A stretch of 62,452 nucleotides of DNA, the filler included, from Sphacelaria rigidula (lineage: Eukaryota), in the NCBI GenBank assembly GCA_964200075.2. It is 3 parts of 3 records of this genome, joined end to end, with 100 filler letters (N's around TTAATTAATTAA, not from the genome) between each part and the next. Parts side by side here need not be neighbours in the genome. Positions count along the whole stretch, not along the records: positions 20,869 to 41,624 come from CAXNAA020000496.1; positions 41,725 to 62,452 come from CAXNAA020000497.1; 1 more part is not named here. One strand, given 5' to 3'. Position numbers and translations under genes: made by a program. Of this stretch, positions 38,052 through 51,300 are shown one piece after another. Under the pieces are notes generated by a model that was not told the origin of the DNA, ran no database searches, and saw only the letters and a list, made by a program, of their open reading frames with translations. How positions within the stretch are numbered: the first letter of the stretch is position 1; each line of letters begins with the position of its first letter.

Positions 38052-41000
38052 TTTTGGAGTGTGTTGGATTCAATATATTCAGTTATCCGCTCAGACAAGA
38101 AAAACGGCGCAACCTCCACCTTCGTTGCTCGTCAGTTGTCTCTGTGGCGGTCTCGCTGCCTTCGGGTGTTAACCACCGTTCTCAGGCAGGATGGCTTTTG
38201 TTTTTTGTATGCATACGGTACAGCGTTCAAAGACGTGAAATCACACATGCAGACACGAAACCGCGCGGTCATCCAGGACGGCGGAGGGGGAGGAATGGGG
38301 GCGGGCGGGGGGGTAAGGACCGACATGGGTTTAGTTTGATATGTCTTTCGAAAGTGTTATACACGGTGCTGCTCGAGTGAATGTGGGCATGTTTGACGAA
38401 TGCGTGTGGGCTACATGGATCGCGTGGATTCTTCAAGTCAGGGTTTTCATCCCAACCTGCGACAAAAAGTACTCTATATGTGCGCCTGTAATCATCGAGA
38501 GCCCTCAAGACAGGACTCGGGGTATTTCGTTGACGTCTTCGATCTCTGGATAATATAAACTGTGGTGCGGTGTGTATATTTCACTCTTCATGCAGGACTG
38601 AGGGTAATAAGACAGGATTGGTCCACTGTTGACAGTACAACAGTGCCGTCGTACGCCGTACAATATGTGTGGGGGCAACCATATGTGGGGGTACTACGAG
38701 TACAGACTTTCCGTCGGTGAAGCTATCGTATTGCTGTGCACAGGTGAGTGCAAGTCCGTTCTCCTCTCATTATGCGCGTTTGCCTTCTGCAAATGACTGA
38801 TTGTTCAACGAAAATCGGGAGGGTACAAAAATATCCAGTAAAAGATGTATCTGTCGAGGCCCACACAGTAAGTAAAGCAGAAAGTCCCCTCCCCCCGAAA
38901 AAAATGGGACGGGTGTTCATACCGCACCGTACAGTATGGCAATCCCCTGCTGTAGTACAGGACAGGATCGAGGCTATCATCTATCCCCGCCCAGCTCCGT
39001 GGGAGGACCACGTACGGAACAGGGTCTATAGAGGAGCGTGACACTAACCGGTGAACTTTTGTTCCTAATATTTGTCGCACTGTCTGTTGTACGGTCGGAT
39101 CATTGTGGATTCCTGCGTATCACATGCAGCGGCCCCGAAACAGGCTGGATGGAGAGTACCATGGGGAAATAATGAATATGATGGCAACGACAACAAAAAT
39201 CTACAGTGTACTTGTAGACGGAGGGGAAACACATCTGGTAAACGGTGCACCTGATGGCACCCGCCGAACCGACGTCATATTGCGCGTCGTACGTCGCGCG
39301 ACTGTGGCTTTTGCTCGCAATCGTTGCGTGTTCCACGACGACCAGTTTCGCGCTTCGAAAGGTATGTATGTCAACTGCACACACAGGATAGTACAGGACA
39401 GACCGCGCCCGTGTCGACCCATGTTTCAGGATTATGTGTACACACTCAGTACAAATTGTACAGACAGTTGACTACCGACTGTTATTTTCTCCACTCCTGA
39501 ACCTCTCGGATAGTAGGGGAGTGGGACGAACACATGCCGCTTCGATTTCCTTGTTGTTCATGCTACAAGCGAGCTGCTGCATACGTCCTCTGAGGCGAAA
39601 GTAAATGATACATCCCGCATCCTCGCTTCACTGCCACTGATGGCCGCAACAGCAGCCCAGCACAGGTGGACCCACGATAAACGCAAGTTACATGATCTTG
39701 ATTCGGCACCCATAACCAACGTCCACACACACGCGCGCGCACACCCTCGCAAGAGTAAAATCAAGCCAAACTCCGTGCAGGGCATTTTACCGTCCCAAAT
39801 TCCACGGTACAGACAGTAGTCACGGAAAACACAAGATCATCGCACCTACCCTACCTCCCGGTCCCCAGTAGCACCGCTCGCACAGAAGTGCGCCTTTGTA
39901 TTTCACCCGAGCGCTTTGATCTACCGGTTTATGCGCTGCTTCCGCACGCCAACGATGCCCTGCTGTTGCTGATGTTGCAGTATCCAGTTGCGGTTGCTGT
40001 TGCGTGGTGATCTGACGACCAGCGGTAAGATGATGTGACAAGGCAAGACACCCTGTCTTGTTGTACCACGAACAAAAAAGCCGTTTCTTGTCGGTGACGG
40101 AGACTGATGCCCGACTGATGCTAATATATGCGCGTCCGCAGACTTGAGCGCGCCGCGCCTTTAAAGTGGCACGGAGAATACGACCGTGAACCACTGTACG
40201 TTGCACTCTCAGCTGCTCCAGCTTTTGAACGCCCAGATCCTGTCCTTTTGGGATGAAGGCGTAATTGTTGTTGCTATGTGAATTGCCCGTGCTGTTTGTG
40301 ACCGAAATGAGCGCACAGATCTTGGAGGTTACTCTTCGTGAGGAAGAAAGCGCCGATTTTTCACCTGATTTTGAATTCGATAATTATGACGATAGAGGGC
40401 GCGTGACAAGATCCTCATTTGATACCACATTTGCCGGAGATCTCGAAATTAGACGCTACAGCAGGGTACAATATTAGAGGTGTAGAGTTCCCGTCCGCGG
40501 TACCTGATTTCGTTTAACACATTTCCCCTTCTCTACTGTGTTGATCGCGCGATTGAGTTGTTGGTGGAGGAGAGGGGGAAATATAAGAGATTAAACGTGT
40601 CGTAACCGACTATACAATGCAGTACAAGTAACCATGTAGAAGGGGATTGCCGACGGTAGATCGTGAGAAGATGATCCTGAGCTGCGTTGAACTGGTGCTG
40701 AATGTTGTACACCAGACACCGGACCGTTGCGAGTATTATTGAGTTGTCCACCGTCACCAGAGTACGCTGATGCACACAACGCCACAAGATGAACCCATCA
40801 ACAACAGCACACGAGGAGAGCCGCCCGCCTCCTAGAGGTCACGATTGTTTGATACGATCTACCTATGCAGCAAAACCGCCGCGAGGGGGTTAAAACAGGC
40901 GCGACTCTGACTTGGATATCATGTTCATCAGTTCTGTACTGTTCTGTAGCTTCTTCTGGGGTTAATTGACACAACGGGGAGGCTCCCGGGGGTATCAGTT

Positions 41001-41624
41001 GACCGCTCCTGTCCAAAATGCAGCTCCTAGCTAGACTTGGTGGGATATGTCACGTCACGCTCAGGCGAGATGCGGTGAGACAGAACCGACACATGAATAC
41101 TCGTATTGTCATCACGGTCGATTCTGGTGGGGAAAAGGCCGCGGGCTATAGCCACGACCTCATGAGTACCGGCCAAGTACCAGCGCAGTGGTATATTCCT
41201 CGGTCGCTTGGCTGACTGCGTACCTCGTGTATCTCGTGGTGATGGGACACTTTCGCGGAGCAAGGCATGGAGGTTGAAGGACAGTATGAGACACTAAATA
41301 TGAGCACATCGACGGTATATTTCTGAGGCAAGCCCATCGGCTGGGCTGCGATGTTTCTTACCAAACATCAACTCGACCCTACCGCCGAGTGATGCTACGG
41401 TAGGGGTGCACACATATTTTCTGAGGTTGGAGTTGTTTGAAGCCCTCTATCGCATCCAAAATACGCGCCAGGGCTACTATAACAACGTGCTAGGGAATGG
41501 ATTTGCAAACGGGGATGCCCTGACCCATATTCTCAGCCCCTGAGCCAGATAAGATTTTGCGCAAAAAGTGCACCCCTGACGAGAGGGCACAAAAAAAATA
41601 ATCCTGGACCCCCCCTCCCCCCCC

Positions 41625-41724
41625 NNNNNNNNNNNNNNNNNNNNNNNNNNNNNNNNNNNNNNNNNNNNTTAATTAATTAANNNNNNNNNNNNNNNNNNNN
41701 NNNNNNNNNNNNNNNNNNNNNNNN
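41625..41724. other. Artificial scaffold spacer N44-TTAATTAATTAA-N44
   Basis: Identical to 20769-20868. Confidence 0.97.
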
Positions 41725-43589
41725 GTGGGTGGGCTGAGTTCGCCCCTGCCCGGCTCTCGCGTTTGTTTGTTGTGTTAGGGTGGGGGGGGGGGGGGGGGGG
41801 GGGGGGGGAGGGGGGGGTTATTGTTGTCGAAATAGAGTATGACCTGCAAGGACACCGTGAACTACGAGTAGCAGCATGAGCAGCATTAATTTGCCGCCAG
41901 TGCTGTGCATATTGAGAAGAACACCGGACCCCTTCGAGACTCGTTTACATCTAAATAAACTCTTGTTGGCCCTAGGCGTTTTAGCACCACATGAATGTAG
42001 CGGTGACTGTATCTCGGCTCTTCTTCTGGCGATGGTCCTACTAAATCAGTCACAGCAGCAGCGCATGTCTCGTACTACGATCAAGCAGAAGTCTACCGAG
42101 GTTTTAACATGGCACAGATGTACTGTATAACGGTGTGTGGACGACCTCGTTCCTGCCGGCGTCAAAAAAATGACTTCACTTCAGGTTGAAAAGGCCCTCA
42201 TTTTTTTGTGCGATCTTACATGACTCGGTTTCAAAGAAACGGAACGGTGTCGGAAAATCTCGGTCTTCCGTTGACGCAAATCAAATCAACTTGTCCCAGC
42301 GTAACAAAACACCAACAAGCAGCTAGGGGATTAGATGGACCGAGACGGCGCAATGACTGCAATAGGCGACAATGGAAGAGTCTTATCGCTCCCCTGTATC
42401 CCATCCAGCCACAGCTGGCAGCAGCATGATCGGAAGCATAAACCGCCAGCAACTTCTCCACACAAATTGACCGACACGGGTATAGACGTTTGCTGATACG
42501 CCACAACAAACACTGAGCCACTCCGTCAACGCTGACTGAGTGACTCGGTGATTAGTGTGATATCTCAAACAGTGCAGATATGGATTCGGCTGCCACATCT
42601 GTCCGATACACCCTACTGTATTGTTGTGCTCTGTGCGGTCGTTGTTGACAACTACCTTACGAGACACGTCATTTCTGCCCTGACATCGGGCTGGGAATCG
42701 CATCTGTCGACGACAGGGTTGAATAGACATGAAACCATGAGCGTCTGTCTGTGAATCCCTAACCCACAGGTGAATAATAATTGAATAATATTTGCGCCAA
42801 TGAGTTCTTGCCCACCAAGTACACACAAACACCTAACCCAATCGTTTCGATCCCGGAATTCTCAACTATTTCACGTTACGGTGGATTTGGAGGAGTTCGC
42901 TGTTTCGGCTTTAGATCTCGAAGCTTGTATTTGTGTGTGACAAAATGTCAGTTGTGACCATATCCGTGTTGGTGCAAGGGATGCCTCGAATCTACGAAAC
43001 AAGCACATATATATATATTAAAAAAAAAATATATATATACCTCATTCCGCCGTGTGCTGCAACAAAAATATGACGTCCCAGGGTTAGGGTAATGGATTGA
43101 AAAACACACACGTATATATATATATATATATATATATAAGCTCTTGGGTTCGGGGTAAGGGTAAGACCTGAGGTGTGTAGCGGGACGGATTGAAGAAAAA
43201 ATAAAAAGGATATTCCCCCATGATGCTTCTGTCTTCTTCTGTTCCATTCCTTCCTTCTTTCTTTCTTCTTCTGTTTTCTTCGCTGCTCCTGACGACGAGC
43301 GATTGTTGCAGTCAGCTTATGTGAGATACTCAATCATTCAATCAATCAACCATGGCATAGTTGCTATAGGCGTATACTTTATGCAGTACATTTTTCTATT
43401 GCAACTTTTGACCACATCCGACAACAGCTGCGACGGGCTTATAGTTTACGCAGTACATTTCTTTGTCTATTGCAACAATTGACCATTCATTGTTCTGCCG
43501 TTCTATTCGACCCCTCTTTCTTTTATTTTCTTCTTCCTGTTCCTATTGTTTTCTGTTCCTTTTTTTTTTCTTAGAGCGTGTTTGAATCC

Positions 43590-43682
43590 CGTTTTTCTTG
43601 AGTACGTCCATCATGACACCACGGCTGGGCCCCTGGGGGGTCAGTAAAAGTGCGACAATCAATCAATCAATCAATCAATCAT
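43590..43682 (+). mobile_element. SINE/LINE 3' end with (AATC)n tail; inverted copy at 51425-51515
   Basis: TTTTTCTTG.GTACGTC...CACCACGGCTGG...CCCTGGGG.GGTCAGT..AAGTGCGACAATCAATCAATC at both sites. Confidence 0.75.
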
Positions 43683-43962
43683 TGTCCAGGTAATGTATGT
43701 ACATGTGTCAGGAGTGAGAAACAATTGTCGATCTTCACCACATGACCCACACTGGTTAGTGATCAAAGGAATTTAGGCGTTATTAGGCCCCCTCTTGTGC
43801 CAAAATATATACTCCGTAGGTATAAGAAACAACTCGACACAAACTTTTTTTTTCGCCACTTCCGCACAGATTTATCGAAAACGCCGCTTTTGCCCAGAGG
43901 TGGGATCTACTCCAGTTCGTAGCCCCAAATACATGGTTGACAACATTTTTGTATTCAACGTC

Positions 43963-44094
43963 AACGCTAACGCCAACGCCAACGCCAACGCTAACGCTAA
44001 CGCTAACGCTAACGCTAACGCTAACGCTAACGCTAACGCTAACGCTAACGCTAATGCTAACGCTAATGCTAACGCTAACGCTAACGCCAACGCT
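43963..44094. repeat. (AACGCT)22 hexamer array, read as (TTAGCG)n on the minus strand
   Basis: 22 units with AACGCC and AATGCT variants. Confidence 0.95.
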
Positions 44095-44826
44095 AACCTC
44101 TGTTCGAGTAAGATGCTTTACAAGGTGTATTTGACGGTTGGGACGAATCATCACAACGAAGGATCACCGAATTCACGATTTCTTCGGCCTGATTGCCCAA
44201 AAGCGCTGAAAAAGTTGATCGCTGGTCCAAGGGTTATCCACGCAACTTTTGCGCCCTTCCACGCGTCTGGGCTGAGTGTACCTGGGTTGCAACTCTGAAA
44301 TAAAGCCAAGGGATTGGTTCGTCACGAGTCGAATCAACTATACTAGAACCAAGTAATTTCAGACGAATCATTCTTTGTCCGATCCTTGTTATATTTATCA
44401 GGAGCCGGTACGATTCAGTATGAGGTATTGAAAGGAACGGTTCGAGACCAGTACTACAGTTGTAGGCAATCGGATACAGCCGAGCCAGAAGGCCATGTAT
44501 ATCCGTGTCGAGAATCCTATAATTGGGGTTCAGGGAGAGGGTTCAGAGAGAAGGTCCCAAAAAAGAGTTTGATGGAAACGGTATTCGCGCAAGACCGTGA
44601 ATCCCACCTGCATACCCCTCTCCCCTCTGGTATCCTACGCTACTAGGCTACGCTCATCCCGAGTGTCCAGCAGTAGTATTGAGACAAACGTTACAGACCA
44701 AGTGTGGTGACCGACAAGAGAGAGCCGAAACGGGAATTAATAATAAATCAATGAAAGACAAGGTATCAGACACTCTTGAGGTACGCCAACCACGTATCGT
44801 CCTGGATAGGCTGCATCACCAGCTAC

Positions 44827-45209
44827 TAGGTCCTGATCGATAACGCATGCCTTACTTTTTGCCTTAAGAGTCCCGTGTCCAAGAGGGGTTGCCTGATGAG
44901 GTGTTTCATGCCTGAGATGCTTTATTCAAAAAAGGCAAACACATGATACCACAAAAACAATGGCAATAAGTCAAGATCATGACAACGCCCACTCCGATTT
45001 TTCGGGTAACCGGAGTGACTGTCTGCGGCAAGTCTATGGCAAGTCTGAGGCAAGTGTCAGGCATCCCGAGCTATAAACCAAGGCATGTCAGGCATGAATA
45101 CGGGGTAAGGCATGCCTTAGCAGTTGCCTGAGGCCAACTATTTTGCTTGAGACGTTTTAAACGGTTTGCCTCAGACCCCCCTTCGGCATGCCTTATCGGT
45201 CAGGGCCTA
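44827..45209. mobile_element. 383-bp hAT-like MITE
   Basis: 25-bp TIR TAGGTCCTGATCGATAACGCATGCC vs the reverse-complemented right end TAGGCCCTGACCGATAAGGCATGCC (22/25). 8-bp TSD CCAGCTAC/CTAGCTAC (7/8). Many internal TGCCT/AGGCA motifs. Confidence 0.85.
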
Positions 45210-47623
45210 CTAGCTACCTGCTGGCGCATATAGAACCGACCAACCCAAACCCGAACCAAAATCCGAACAAGGGCATATGGAGAACCCCTCAACCAAAAGG
45301 GGTGCACAAGATGCCCTAGACAAAGAATGCGCTGGCAGACTTTAAATCGACGCCTGTAGCGCCGATTTGGAGAAGAACACGTTCTGCGCACACTATAATA
45401 TCAGCACTCCGGACTTCAAGCCCCACTAAAGATCCGAATCTTCAGTATGTCAACACTCAAAATCAAACATGTTTTAGCCATGGCTTCGCCTCGACGACCT
45501 GGGTTAAGCAAGGCGACTAACCCTGGGTGTGGGAGTGCCAGTCTCTGGAGCCATGGACTTGGACGTGGGACGTGCCTAGACCGTTCTTGTATGCAGTGAG
45601 ACTCCAGGGTCGAGAGGAGAGGTGATCTCGAGGGGTGCCGGGAGAGGCATCACCTTGAGTTGGAGTATGACTAATACTCCGGGGGCGAGATAGACAATGA
45701 CCCGAGGGGACAGACTTGTGTTCCAGCGGGAACATTCCCGGAACTATGCCGGAGACATTAACATTCATGGAACGGAGCGGAGGGATCCGTAAGATATTCT
45801 CGGGAACCATGCCGAGAGAGACATGGTCCCGTCGCGGTTGTGGGCACGTGGAAGACTTGTGGACTACCCTGGTACTCACATAAGGCCATTTGTTCATCGA
45901 CACCGAAAAAAAAAGCGTGGAAAAAGAATAAGCCCCAAAAGCAGCAGGTTGATGGATCGCCGGGCGGGTCGGGTCCTACGGTTGCGGCGACAAATCAACA
46001 AACTCCTTTCGGACACTTGTATCTTCTCCCGCTTCCTTTCTTGGTCTCGATGACGCCGAGTCTCATCAAATTGTTCTCGACTCGAAAACGTACGGTGGAA
46101 TCGAATTTCCTCGTACCTGATACGTGCACAACATTCATGTGTTATCAACCATCTGAGAAAATAAATAGCGTGGACGAATCAGAAACGAGCGAACTAGATT
46201 CCACCGCACGTTCTCGACACAGCAACAATTTGATCAAGACACGGTCTTAATTGATACAACAACGAAAAAAACACGAGGAGGAACGAAGTCATGCACTATG
46301 CCGGCACACAAAAACTACTTCGAGTCCCAACGAAGATTCACACAACTGGGTTTCTGGGCAGAGAGTTATTTCTTCGCACACTGGACACAGTCGGAGTCAG
46401 GTCTGAAAATTCAAACGGCCTAGACTGAAACGAAAGACTGAACTACGTTACACCTTCACAACACGGCCCGAGCAAACACACACGGACATCCACATCACAG
46501 GGACAGCACACCTGGCGCTAGATCCCAAGTCAATTTATGCACAAGAGCAGTGCACTTTGTTTCACGGCAATCCATTTGTTATTGGACGAGGGATGGTCGT
46601 GTTTTGTGTAATAAAACTTGCTCGAGACGGAACCGTTGACCGTTTGTGGGTGCGTCCTACGGCGCCTATCCGACAGAAATCATCGCGCCTCATTCAACTT
46701 TGAACCGATCTCCCCCCGAATCAAGAACGTTGCATTCAGTCGATCATTAGCTACGGCTTGAGCTATTCATTTTTTGAAAGGGGACGGTGAGATTACAACT
46801 TGACGCAGCCCATGTCTCAGATCCGGGTTGTGTGACAGGTGCGTACCACAACAATGATAATTGCGCCGCCGGTTTGTATTGAACCCTTCATGTCGAACAG
46901 CCCGAGAAGGTCTCACTGAAGAGCCTGAAAAATTCGAAAACAAAAGTTTCAACAATGTCCCGCTACCCCAAAAAAAAGCACCGCTGAATAAAAAAAAGCG
47001 CCGCCGTTCTATTATTTTTTTGGGGAGGGGAGGGGGGGGTACTATCGCGGGGATGACTGAACGTTGATTTGCTCCTAGGTTCTTCTTCGTGCTTGTTTTT
47101 TTTTTGGTCTCGAAAAGATGCGGCTTGAGACACAGCCTAAACGGCGTGTAATAGCACATTCTCTTGCGATCGAAAAAGTGCGGTGGAAAACAAAAATTCC
47201 GATCTCATGGACCGTGGTTTCAACCATCGTCAACATAACTGACGACGACGTCCTTTTCCGCCGCACGTTTTTGATCGAAAAAAAGAATGCGCTCAAGACA
47301 CGCCCCAAGGTCGTGTGCTTTTATCGAGACCAAAACAGAAAAGGATGAGAAGGGAATGAGCGTTCAAAAGCAGCATGTTGAGAAGTCGCCGCAACCATAT
47401 ACCCGCTCGACGGTCAATCAACATGCTGCTTTGGACGCGTGCTCCTCTTCGTGTTTGTTGATATATTTTTATTCATCGCGATAAAGAAACGGCCTGAGCT
47501 TCACTGTTTTTTATGTGCAGCGTATTTTCCCAGAAATGGTTGAAGAATGTCAAGAAAAATATCGACGAACGACAAAGGCTGTACATCGGACGATCTTTGA
47601 AGAAAATGCCCCCCACCTCTCGT

Positions 47624-47780
47624 ACTGGATAAGAATATCTCGAGAGAATGAGAAAGCTGAACACGCCTCCTTACGCTCACTCATGAATTTAGATCGAGAC
47701 TGGATAAGAATATTTTGAGAGAATGAGAGAGCTGAACACGCCTCCTTCTCCTTACGCCCTGTCATGAATTTAGATCGAGA
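47624..47780. repeat. Tandem duplication, period about 75 bp
   Basis: ACTGGATAAGAATAT...GAGAGAATGAGA.AGCTGAACACGCCTCCTT...TCATGAATTTAGATCGAGA twice. Confidence 0.9.
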
Positions 47781-48262
47781 AAGGGGTACAGTCGTCAAAC
47801 TTTGGAGATGGCATTCAGTTAGTCGGGATTGTTCCACAGATGTTTGCCACCTCCACTCGACAGTTTTAGAGTCGGTAGACTTTGGAAAAAAAAGTCGTGC
47901 TCAGAACACATCTCTTCGTTTTACGTTGCCGGAACGATACGGAGTTAAACATCGTTTGTCGAGCGGGTGCTATTTACCGCATACGGCCCAAAAACGCTGG
48001 ATTCTGTGTTAGGGAACAATCGATGTTATGTGCAGAAGCGGGAAGAATTTTCCGAGATGATTGTAGTGGTTGCGGTATCTAGAAGTCATTTCAGAACACA
48101 TTGATATGCAAGATTGCCTGTGTGATGAACCAGGTGAGTCAGTTCAGTGTGAGAGAAGCAGTAAGGTACAAGGGCAAGTGCATCCACGATGAAGTGACAA
48201 TAATGGTGTCTGGGTTGAAGTCGAGTTTATGAGATCTGGGAGACGGGTGTGGTGCGACCATC

Positions 48263-48346
48263 AGTTGGTGACAGCATCGCGAATCGATCATGTCTGAGAT
48301 TTTTTAGTTGGTGACAGCATCGCGAAGCGATGTTGTCAGAGATTTT
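48263..48346. repeat. Tandem duplication, period 43 bp
   Basis: AGTTGGTGACAGCATCGCGAA.CGAT..TGTC.GAGATTTTT twice. Confidence 0.88.
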
Positions 48347-51300
48347 TACGGGGTACAAGCGGCGTCACCGAGTCACCACATCAGGACGGCATCACCGAAT
48401 CAAGAAATCAGGCCCGCCCCAACACGGTTTTTCGGCTGCAGCGCAATAAATGTCGAGAAAAGAGAAGAACTGCAGGCATAGAATTATTCATCACACCCAT
48501 CCGGATCGATTCGGCCGAGCGAAAGTATCAAAGAGCGGGAACCGGAGGCAGACTGTACACTCGTAGGCCTCAGAGACCAGTGAGTCTGTGACTCGTTCGA
48601 AATCGGTCGCATCTTAAGTCATATTCTTTTCTCGAGAGACTTGTGCCGGGTAATCATATCTCTCGATTCCCGAAGTTTGCGATCAAACAGGAACCGTGAT
48701 GGAGCCGTGGTGACCAAAAAACCTGGTGAAATCGCTTCCAATCGAAAATACGGAGTTTAAACGTTTGACTCCTACACGGAGCATGAACAGGACACGGAAC
48801 AAGCTCATCATGGCAGTTGGGCCGGCCATGCTGCACCAACGTCACATGCCAACCTTGTCGAGTCGGTCTCCATAGAGGACAACGACGCTCAAGACTCATC
48901 AGGTGCTAGCAGTGACGATACCTTCCAAAGACGCAAGGGAGCAAAGGCTAACTCGTAGCTGGAAGCCCCCAGCCGGACAACGACGACTCAGCGTGGAGGG
49001 GGATGCTGCAGGAGCAAACACGCTCAATTGACTGTGTTTTGGTGCCAGAGCAGTATGCATGCCCACCACTAGTCCATAGCCAGGTACAGGCTTGACCTCA
49101 AAAACATCCTGCCTGCCCCATGAGATGCAAAACCGAAAATATATCAAGAGGCAGTTGAGAATTCTCGAAAATAATAGAAAAAATAGTTGTTGATTTTTTG
49201 TTTTCCCCCTCAGAAAAGCGATGCATGCCGCGATAGCCCCCCGATAAACAGCGGCTGATTTGAGGAGGCAAAATTCACACGCGAATCAAATTGACGAAAG
49301 CCGATCACACCGAGCAGCTGGGGACCCCCACGCTTGGGATCGTTTTCGCCAATGTCGCCCGCGGTAGGCACTTTGTGCGATCTAAATCCAGCTATCATGC
49401 GATGTATCGCCATTTTTTCCGTGACAATTTCCTGGCTGATTCGGGGGGGGGAGGGATATCGCGGGCATTACTCGACAGAAGGCGAATTCTCGAAACTCCT
49501 CTGCAAAAAAGAGACAAGTACTACTGTAACCCCCTATCCCTTCAACAAAACATGAGTTCGGGATCTTACGGAAGCAGGAGCCGTATATAAAAAAGCAAGA
49601 TGAGAAGCGGTTTCGGTTCACCGGCATGCATATTGTGGATGGACTCAAAAGTGAACTGCTTCGCGGAGTCAACAGAGGTGCGCTGAGAAACTTGGGTCAA
49701 TTTCCTTGAACGTCACAGTGGTTCATTCCTGTACAAAACATCGGACCTCTTTTCATTTTATAGCACCTAAAAAAAAAAAAGCAAGGTTGTGCGCTGTAAG
49801 GGTGGACCAGCTGAAATTCGGGTATTCACACAAGTGGATAGGGGTTTCCTTGAACGATAAACACCCTTCCCGACCGGATCGGACCGGACCGGACTATTCG
49901 GAAAGGGCCATACACCTTGTCGAACCATACCGGAAATGTTCGATACACAATTCGGTATGGCCTACGAGTAATACACCAACAAAAAAATCTCACTTCCGGA
50001 AATACCGTATCCAAACAGACCACAACCTTAAAAAAATGTATGTGAGGTGTAGATGATCCAACCTGGGCCGCAGGATCACTAATTCCACCCATGCGGGTGC
50101 ACCAAGTTTGATACTGAAGAACCATACTCGAAATCATGGTGCCGTGTAGCGGCGCCCGACTCCCGTCGTGCACAGGAACCCTCCCCCTGGCACTGAAACT
50201 GCCTCCGGTGTAGATCCCCTGAGACCTTCTTATGTAGGGATCACACCCCGGACAATATATGGTTGATAGATGCAATAGACAAAAACACTTCATCAGAATC
50301 GCGCATGCGTAGGAGTGCAGCGAGCCCTGTAGAAACGTGAAAACGAGCCGGTCACGCTTTTCGAAATTCAAAATATGTGTTTAGTTCTCTGCTTCCCGTG
50401 GTTAGAGAATGACTCGACTTCCAGTGACCATGAACTATGATTTGATATCTTTGTAGAAAGCGCGTTATAGGGCGTATGCGTGCAACTGGGTAGCTGCTCC
50501 AGGGGTAGATATCGTATTTCATCAAAGATTGTTTGAGGATGGATAGTTGGATGGATGGTTGTTTTTTGGGTGGATTTTATTTTGAGGGGGGAAAGGGAAC
50601 GCAACACCGAAGGTGCATGGTGTACGACGTACGACGTATCAAGTGAGAGTGAGCGACGTTTTGACGCACGTCTGAGAAACGCCGGGAGGATTTTTTTCAA
50701 CACCAATTAATTTCAAAAACATTTTTCAGGAGGAGGGGACGACAATATAATGATGAGATGGTACGAGTGTGAACACAGATATTCACAGCTTTCGTGGGGT
50801 TTGACAGTCTCACGCGCCGCTCCTATGAACAGCCCCGCAAAAAAACTCGTTTTTTTTTGCCGATTCGAGGTATACCTCGTTGGGGATAGGATTACGGTTG
50901 CGGTTATTGTACACTCAAGGATGCATCAAATCGTGGATATAATGGTGGATAAGTCATACATTTTTTTTGTATAAACAACTTCTTCGTGATATTGAGAGTA
51001 GAAGGCTGATTGAGAGTGGCTTTGATCATTCGCTCCAACTTGGCCAGTTGTTTATTCCGTGAGTGCCTCTTTTTGCCGTCATTACTGGCGTGTGCTTACA
51101 GCTACACGTCGATATCCTACTCAGGGATATCAACGGCCTCGGTGGCAAGATACTTTATTATTATTATTATTTCCGCACATTAGTCCGATCTCGCGAACCC
51201 GTGGACTACAGAAGCATATCGGGCCTCGGGGAGAGGTATTTCGGAACTGAAACGATTCACTCACTAATTCGCCGCTCTTCACTCTCAAGTGTATCCTTTA

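Noticed and set aside
43795..44298. 167-aa ORF with an (NA)n repeat resembling a surface-antigen repeat
   Set aside because: Open only because of the AACGCT hexamer array; no exon signals or coding-like flanks.
47624..48346. Short direct repeats as a possible CRISPR-like array
   Set aside because: Only two adjacent copies each, no unique spacers, eukaryotic context and no cas genes.
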